A DNA stretch of 64,000 nt, taken from the IMG/VR virus record IMGVR_UViG_3300044910_000908, positions 1 through 64,000 of that record; one strand, given 5' to 3'. Each line of letters begins with the position of its first letter. Positions within the stretch are counted from its first letter, which is position 1. Of the stretch, positions 58,628 to 64,000 are shown one piece after another. The notes beneath the pieces are model-generated. The model was not told where the DNA came from and made no database searches. It was given only the letters and a program-made list of their open reading frames with translations. The position numbers and the translations under genes were made by a program. This stretch comes from a virus.

Positions 58628-58800
58628 TTTTTAACCTCCAAACATTGTCCCCAATCATATTTTTTTAATTCTTTGCTAAATTGTTCATTTGCACTTCTAC
58701 ATAATTCTGCAGATGAAAAACCATCAATAGTTAATGGCCCACCAGTTGCTGATTGAGCAAAACCAGTTGAAAGATACAGCACTAAAACCCAAGTAGTCAT
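58624..58800 (-). CDS. 58-aa exported two-Cys peptide
   Basis: Translated by hand: MTTWVLVLYL...DGFSSAELC...GQCLEVKK; GGAG SD. Confidence 0.55.
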   Translation of the reverse strand: MTTWVLVLYLSTGFAQSATGGPLTIDGFSSAELCRSANEQFSKELKKYDWGQCLEVKK

Positions 58801-58817
58801 TTTTTTCTCCGTATTGA

Positions 58818-59477
58818 TTATTCTTTAATTTCTTCAATTCTTATAAACTCATTTCTGGCTAAATTACTTTTAAATTTTTCAGCTTTCTCAAGTGTATCAA
58901 AATTTCTAATTTCAACCTGATCACGATTTTTAAATAAAACAATAAATGTAGATGCTGTATATTCACCAATAATATCATATTCTTTTACTTTATCATGTGA
59001 TAATACCCTACCAGTTACATCAAATCTGATAGTAGCAAGTTCATTTTTATTTTTTGGGCTTGAATAAACACCAATCCATTGAGCAGTAGTAGAAAATCTT
59101 GAGTCATTAACAAATTCAATAATTTTTACTTTAAAACCATTTCTCAATTTATACAATTTATTTCTTTCTATTTGTTCTAAATCATTAGGCCTTTGTTCAT
59201 CATCATCAATAATTTTCATTAATGAACCATAATCAAAATCAAGTCGATATTTTATAGTAGATCCAACTGATACTCCATAAACTTTGTTTTTTACAGGTGC
59301 ATATCTACCAACTGTAACACCATTAAGTGAATACCAAAGAGTTTGGGAATGTTTGTTATAAAAAATCTGTCTAGAACTTTCAATAGGAAGTCCATTGATT
59401 TTAATCACTTGATGAGTAACATAAGAATTGAAATCAGTTTTTTTAATTGTTATTGAATTTGCTGTTATCTTTTTCAT
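58818..59477 (-). CDS. Hypothetical protein
   Basis: GGAG SD; promoter 59513-59541. Confidence 0.65.
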   Translation of the reverse strand: MKKITANSITIKKTDFNSYVTHQVIKINGLPIESSRQIFYNKHSQTLWYSLNGVTVGRYAPVKNKVYGVSVGSTIKYRLDFDYGSLMKIIDDDEQRPNDLEQIERNKLYKLRNGFKVKIIEFVNDSRFSTTAQWIGVYSSPKNKNELATIRFDVTGRVLSHDKVKEYDIIGEYTASTFIVLFKNRDQVEIRNFDTLEKAEKFKSNLARNEFIRIEEIKE

Positions 59478-59546
59478 TTTACTATCTCCATCATCATTTT
59501 TAATATAGATAAATTATATAATATTTTTAATCAATCGTAAATAAAT

Positions 59547-60014
59547 TTAATTTCTATCTTCAAATTCAGCTTTAAGTTTTAAGTATTCTTGGTATTTTTT
59601 ATTGCGTCTGAGTTCTGCTGCTTTTTTTACTTTTTCCTGTTCAATTCTTTCTCGTTCTTCTTCTTGCTTTCTAAACTTTTCGGTATTTTGCAAGGCAAGA
59701 GTTACAATTGTTTTGCTGGAGTCAATCAGAAATTGTTCTAAAATTTCTAATGGAACCAAAACATATTCGTTATAGTCTTCATAACTTCCATAACTGCCAA
59801 TCTGATATGACCATTTTAATGAAACGTAATCACCTTCATCATCTAAATACTCTACCGAAACTTCATCTTCAAAATATGAATAGTGGGATACACTATCATA
59901 CCCTTTGATTTTTCGCAACTTAGCAAATTGGAAAAAATATTGTTGGCCAAATAACAATCCGAGGTCATTTACTTCACGAGCCGCTTTAATTTTTTCTTTT
60001 AATGTAATAGTCAT
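59547..60014 (-). CDS. Hypothetical protein
   Basis: C-terminal charged helix YLKLKAEF. Confidence 0.6.
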   Translation of the reverse strand: MTITLKEKIKAAREVNDLGLLFGQQYFFQFAKLRKIKGYDSVSHYSYFEDEVSVEYLDDEGDYVSLKWSYQIGSYGSYEDYNEYVLVPLEILEQFLIDSSKTIVTLALQNTEKFRKQEEERERIEQEKVKKAAELRRNKKYQEYLKLKAEFEDRN

Positions 60015-60035
60015 ATTATTTTCTCTTTATTTAAT

Positions 60036-60527
60036 TTATAATCCCACGAACCTCATATTACACACAGTAGAACAAAATGTATATCGACCTTCAATTCTCG
60101 CATCTTCTTCTTTTATTTTCGTACCACATTCGGCACACTCGCACATCCCATCAAACTCTTCATAAAATAATTCTGGACTAGTAGATGCCAGTTTCCAACT
60201 TGGAAACTGTTTAACAGTTGGGTCAACAACTCTACCATCAGGATATTCACACCACCAATGTTCCTGTTTTCCCCACATTGGACAATGATAATATCCTCTA
60301 ACCAATCTTAACTCGTCATCCTCTGTACATAACTGTTCGGAATACTCTCTACACTTCCCTCTATACATCAAATAATAATTTTCTGTAGTTGGGCCAATAT
60401 TTTTTTCCATAGAATTATGTAATTCTAAAAATTCTTCATTGGGCATATTGTTCAACAATTCTTTTATTATATCAAGATTATGTGTCATACATCTACTCCA
60501 AACTGGTATTTTTATCACTCTCGTCAA
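60036..60527 (-). CDS. Hypothetical protein with Cys/His-rich C-terminal part
   Basis: C...LVRG.Y...HWW....G.VVDPT..QF; CAECG...FCS. Confidence 0.6.
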   Translation of the reverse strand: MTRVIKIPVWSRCMTHNLDIIKELLNNMPNEEFLELHNSMEKNIGPTTENYYLMYRGKCREYSEQLCTEDDELRLVRGYYHCPMWGKQEHWWCEYPDGRVVDPTVKQFPSWKLASTSPELFYEEFDGMCECAECGTKIKEEDARIEGRYTFCSTVCNMRFVGL

Positions 60528-61020
60528 TTTTTGTAATAATTATATACTAATTCTAGCCAAAGTAAATATTAAAATTAGACATATTTAACATTTTTGCAAT
60601 GCTCATTTAATATTAAGTTCTTCCTCAATTTTGTGTAAGAATAAACATGCTGTAGCATGTAAATCACGTAGTTCTTTTTCTATTTCGCTTGCTTTTTTGA
60701 ATGTGTATTGGTATTCTTTATTATCCGTATCAGCGTACATATTAGCATAAGTACTTGCAATTTGCCGATGATAATTTGCTCGTTCAATGATATGATCAGC
60801 TAGTTTATTGCAGGTATCAAGTTTCATTTACCTACTCCAAAATGTTCTTGAATGTTGTTTTCATATGGTGTAGGAGCAAATGGATCACTATTCTGCGCAA
60901 TAACACTAATACATTCTTTTATTATTAAATCAGCAAATTCTTCAAGATTTTGCTTATCTTGCTCTGTTTGAGCGCACCATTCCAATCCTGCCTCTGCTAT
61001 TAAAGTAGTTACTATCTGGT

Positions 61021-61326
61021 TCATTCTAAATCCTCTATTAATTTAAGAGCAATATCATATCGATATTCATATTGTAAATTTCTCATCTCGCAACCGCAAA
61101 ATAAATCTCCATCTTGAGGACCCATACATCCACAAGCTCTAGAAAACGGTTTTTCAAATAGTTCATCAGGGTTATTAAAGAACTCTAATCCTCTAATAAA
61201 ATTATCGCATAAATTAACTAATAATTCTGGAGTCAGCTGTTTAACATTAGGCTTTTCAAGTTGTCTAAGTTTATCTGTGAGTTCTTTAGCTTGAAGTAAT
61301 TCAACATTTGTAAATTTTAAAAACAT
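61021..61326 (-). CDS. Hypothetical protein
   Basis: CGCMGP..GD.FCGCEM. Confidence 0.55.
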   Translation of the reverse strand: MFLKFTNVELLQAKELTDKLRQLEKPNVKQLTPELLVNLCDNFIRGLEFFNNPDELFEKPFSRACGCMGPQDGDLFCGCEMRNLQYEYRYDIALKLIEDLE

Positions 61327-61329
61327 TTT

Positions 61330-61635
61330 TTATTCCTCAACTTTTTTAAATAAATCAATATCCATAATTTTTACTAGTTTAAATTCTAGTAATTCACGTT
61401 TTAGATCTGGAATTGGAGTATAATAGCCATGATCATAATTTGGATTTCCATCGTATATTGTATATCTAGACAAAATTTTAGTTAAGAAAATAAGTTGATT
61501 TGTTTCATCAATATGAAATTCAGAAGCATCATAACTATTTCCATCTTCATAAAGAAAATAACCTTCATTTAAATATTTTTGAACATTTTTAGCCCAATTT
61601 AAAACAAAAGCCCAACGTTTATCATGCTTGTTCAT
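61330..61635 (-). CDS. Hypothetical protein
   Basis: Operon ORF. Confidence 0.5.
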   Translation of the reverse strand: MNKHDKRWAFVLNWAKNVQKYLNEGYFLYEDGNSYDASEFHIDETNQLIFLTKILSRYTIYDGNPNYDHGYYTPIPDLKRELLEFKLVKIMDIDLFKKVEE

Positions 61636-62171
61636 TTTGATCTCTTCTTATTAGTGATTAAAAATTGTTGTTTATTTTTTTCCCAGTGACTTGGCCAGAA
61701 GTAGTTACAGTGTGAACAACATCTCATATTCTCAGCAGGTTCCAAAAACCTTTCATACCTGGCATAATGAACTGGATTTTTGACATATAATCTGGCGCGA
61801 TGGGTAACAACAACTCGTTCCTTCAGAACCTCATCTTCCCACCATTCTGGCATACTTGAATTAGTGAGAGGATTATCAGACATAATCTGAAAATGTTTTT
61901 GAAGTTGCAGAGTATTTTTTTCTACATTAAATCCACGTTCAATACATTCTTCACGAATACGCTTTGTATATAACCATAAAGCATATTCATGACCTTTCCA
62001 CATTAGAACTGCGGGATGATTTCGCCAACGTGCATTAGGATTAATTAACAAAATGTCTAAAATTTGGCGACTTTCAGTCAACTGCTTATTAAGTCGTTTA
62101 TTATCCAAATACTCAGCGGTAGCAGAAAAACTATATTCGTTTAAAAACGTTTGCATCGTAAAAATCTCCAA
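61632..62171 (-). CDS. Pyrimidine-dimer DNA glycosylase-like protein (start probably MQTFL)
   Basis: MQTFL...LDNKRLNKQ..E..QIL...WRNHPAVLMWKG...HR..L..KNP.HY...YFWP. Confidence 0.82.
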   Translation of the reverse strand: MEIFTMQTFLNEYSFSATAEYLDNKRLNKQLTESRQILDILLINPNARWRNHPAVLMWKGHEYALWLYTKRIREECIERGFNVEKNTLQLQKHFQIMSDNPLTNSSMPEWWEDEVLKERVVVTHRARLYVKNPVHYARYERFLEPAENMRCCSHCNYFWPSHWEKNKQQFLITNKKRSK

Positions 62172-62225
62172 TTCATCTTTTTTAAATTATGAAATATTAT
62201 AATACAATTTACCGTAAATGTAAAA

Positions 62226-62945
62226 TTATTTTTCCAATTCTTCTTTTAGAATTCTATTGACTTCAGCAGGAATAAATTTACCTTGACCAGCTTTCATAAT
62301 TCTACCAACAAAAAATCCAATAACCTTTTGATTACCTTCTTTATATTGTTGAACTTCTTTTGGATTTTCAGACATTAATTGATTTACTACACTAACAATA
62401 ACAGAACTATTATCCTGTTGTTCTAATCCTAATTTTTCTAAAATTAAATAAACATATTCATCATTTATTTTCATTTCATCTAGCATTGGCCTAATGTCTT
62501 TTACAACTAATAGTTTATTAGAAATTAATGATAATAATTCAAACAATTTATGTGGTTCAAATTGATATTGGCTAATAACTAATTCTACAAATAATGAAGC
62601 TAATATTTTTCTTTCAACTTGTATCCATTTATCTAATACAATAAACAAGTTAAGATAATAAGCATAAAGTTCAAATAGCGTATTTTTCTTATCTAATGGA
62701 GTCAATTCAGAATAATCTGGAAGATAATCAACAATTAATCCACCAATTCTAATAAGTTCATCTTTAGAAGCTTCTGGCAATAATTCAGCATACACTTGTA
62801 ATAAAGTGCTCATTGTTTGTAATTGCTTGTAATTATCAACAACATTAAATGCTGCTGAACAACTATTAACAGAAGTCAATTGCTGAGAAAAAGATAATTG
62901 AGTATCTGATTTGTTAGATAAAATTTCTTGTTTTAAACTAGTCAT
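62226..62945 (-). CDS. Protein with C-terminal GatB/YqeY tRNA-binding domain
   Basis: ENPKEVQQYKEG..KVIGFFVGRIMK...GK..PAEVN.ILKEEL. Confidence 0.82.
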   Translation of the reverse strand: MTSLKQEILSNKSDTQLSFSQQLTSVNSCSAAFNVVDNYKQLQTMSTLLQVYAELLPEASKDELIRIGGLIVDYLPDYSELTPLDKKNTLFELYAYYLNLFIVLDKWIQVERKILASLFVELVISQYQFEPHKLFELLSLISNKLLVVKDIRPMLDEMKINDEYVYLILEKLGLEQQDNSSVIVSVVNQLMSENPKEVQQYKEGNQKVIGFFVGRIMKAGQGKFIPAEVNRILKEELEK

Positions 62946-63201
62946 CTTCAGGTATATAATCTAAATTGTTTGAAATTTCAGTTCCAATAACTTCCTGAAT
63001 GTTAATTTCAGCAATTTGTTTGAAACATTTTTGTGCATCTTTTCTCGACGTAAAAGAACTAACAACTAATCTTGAAGTATTTTCATCAATTTCACTCCAA
63101 ATTACTTTATCATTGTTCTCAATATCAGCAAGAACTTTATTACCATATCTAATGTAGTAAGGCATTTTATTTTCCTTATATTTTAATTTTGTTGTCTTCA
63201 A
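62938..63201 (-). CDS. Hypothetical protein
   Basis: Operon ORF. Confidence 0.5.
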   Translation of the reverse strand: MKTTKLKYKENKMPYYIRYGNKVLADIENNDKVIWSEIDENTSRLVVSSFTSRKDAQKCFKQIAEINIQEVIGTEISNNLDYIPEDD

Positions 63202-63511
63202 ATTTTAATAAAATTGGAGAATGTCGTACAGGAGTAGAACTATAACTTGTTGAAATAATGTCAATATAATCAACATTTGATCCGTATATTGCAGGATGAG
63301 AACAGAAATTATTAACAGGTCCATATTTTTGTACAAACAAAAATACAGGTTCATGGTAATTAGAATGAAATTTACATTCTACCTGTTCGCCTTCCTCAAG
63401 GTTTCCAGCTAAGAAAAAATCTTCTCCTAAATACAGGATACTTTCATCTTGTTCAAAAGCCGGCTGTGATCTAACCTTTGATAATTTTGAATTCAACACT
63501 TTCACTAGCAT
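63176..63511 (-). CDS. Hypothetical protein
   Basis: Operon ORF. Confidence 0.5.
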   Translation of the reverse strand: MLVKVLNSKLSKVRSQPAFEQDESILYLGEDFFLAGNLEEGEQVECKFHSNYHEPVFLFVQKYGPVNNFCSHPAIYGSNVDYIDIISTSYSSTPVRHSPILLKFEDNKIKI

Positions 63512-63513
63512 CT

Positions 63514-63717
63514 TTATTCTCCAACTTTTTTAATTTCCATTAATTCTTGTTGAACTTGAGGTTTTTCTATTTCTCCAGGAATTTCAATAATATTATGATT
63601 TTTAATATTATATTCTGAAAATATAAAAGCTGCGAGTAACATAAACACTGTAGCAATTACCATAATAATACTTGTGATGAAAACTTCTTTTAAACTATTT
63701 TTATTTTGCTGTTGCAT
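63514..63717 (-). CDS. Small single-TM protein
   Basis: AAGGAG SD; TM helix. Confidence 0.55.
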   Translation of the reverse strand: MQQQNKNSLKEVFITSIIMVIATVFMLLAAFIFSEYNIKNHNIIEIPGEIEKPQVQQELMEIKKVGE

Positions 63718-63720
63718 ATC

Positions 63721-64000
63721 TTAAACTCCTTCAAAAATTTGACCTTCATTATTTAAAAAATAAGTAACACCTGTTTTATGATTAATGATTGACAATAGAG
63801 CATCATCTTTATATCTATTATGTTTCATAAAACATGCTCCTGTATCCATATAAACATGTTTTTCCAATCGTAATACTTTCATATCTTCTTTATCTAAGAA
63901 ATGAGGAGTATGTCCTACATAAGTAGTGGATAATTCAGAAGAATGATATCTAAAAGGATTATCATTAATGAAATAATCACTTTCATAATCTTTGTAAATA
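63721..64000 (-). CDS. Ser/Thr protein phosphatase-like metallophosphoesterase, 3' end
   Basis: Translated by hand: ...TTYVGHTP...VYMDTGAC...; stop at 63721; not in ORF track. Confidence 0.7.
   Translation of the reverse strand, partial: IYKDYESDYFINDNPFRYHSSELSTTYVGHTPHFLDKEDMKVLRLEKHVYMDTGACFMKHNRYKDDALLSIINHKTGVTYFLNNEGQIFEGV

Noticed and set aside
175-60165. Most plus-strand ORFs in the track (e.g. 175, 2278, 2983, 12912, 15923, 17878, 34650, 45804, 55311, 59905)
   Set aside because: Antisense shadows of well-supported minus-strand genes, with no SD or recognisable motifs; only 4761 and 44408 are credible
1-64000. Stop-codon reassignment as the reason for split genes
   Set aside because: Conserved genes (nrdA, ligase, uvsX, ino1) are full length in the standard code, and the split halves are separated by other genes, not by in-frame stops
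1-64000. tRNA or rRNA genes
   Set aside because: No cloverleaf with T-loop GTTCRA and acceptor stem was seen in the intergenic gaps; tRNAscan-SE was not run

Overview
A 64-kb segment of a very AT-rich large (probably jumbo) tailed-phage genome with T4-like replication genes. Almost all genes are on the minus strand and read in the standard code. It holds (i) the core replication/recombination set: NAD+-dependent ligase, clamp loader, sliding clamp, RNase H/flap nuclease, only the C-terminal half of a family-B DNA polymerase, a miniature DnaE split over two genes, UvsW/UvsY/UvsX and gp32 SSB; (ii) nucleotide metabolism: NrdAB, a HAD nucleotidase, a MazG-like protein and a dCMP-hydroxymethylase-like thymidylate-synthase-fold gene; (iii) tRNA/translation-rescue and NAD+/ADP-ribose conflict genes: Thg1, two Pth2-like proteins, HD-kinase, Macro, Sir2, NADAR and an ART-like protein; (iv) many small accessory and membrane genes. 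The most interesting element is a five-gene operon at 26.6-31.4 kb: SGNH-like protein, myo-inositol-1-phosphate synthase, HAD phosphatase, SAM methyltransferase and an aGPT-Pplase1/amino-acid:DNA-transferase-like enzyme. Three of these five end in the same C-terminal tetrapeptide I-[IV]-[QT]-F as the DNA polymerase and RNase H, which is probably the clamp-binding peptide. This suggests a replisome-coupled, inositol-based DNA hypermodification pathway (inference). Two candidate structured leader RNAs, a free-standing HINT domain, a tandem GroES, a mini type IV pilin and an origin-like repeat region were also noticed. No tRNA, rRNA or CRISPR array was recognised. All family calls come from reading motifs by eye; no database searches were run.
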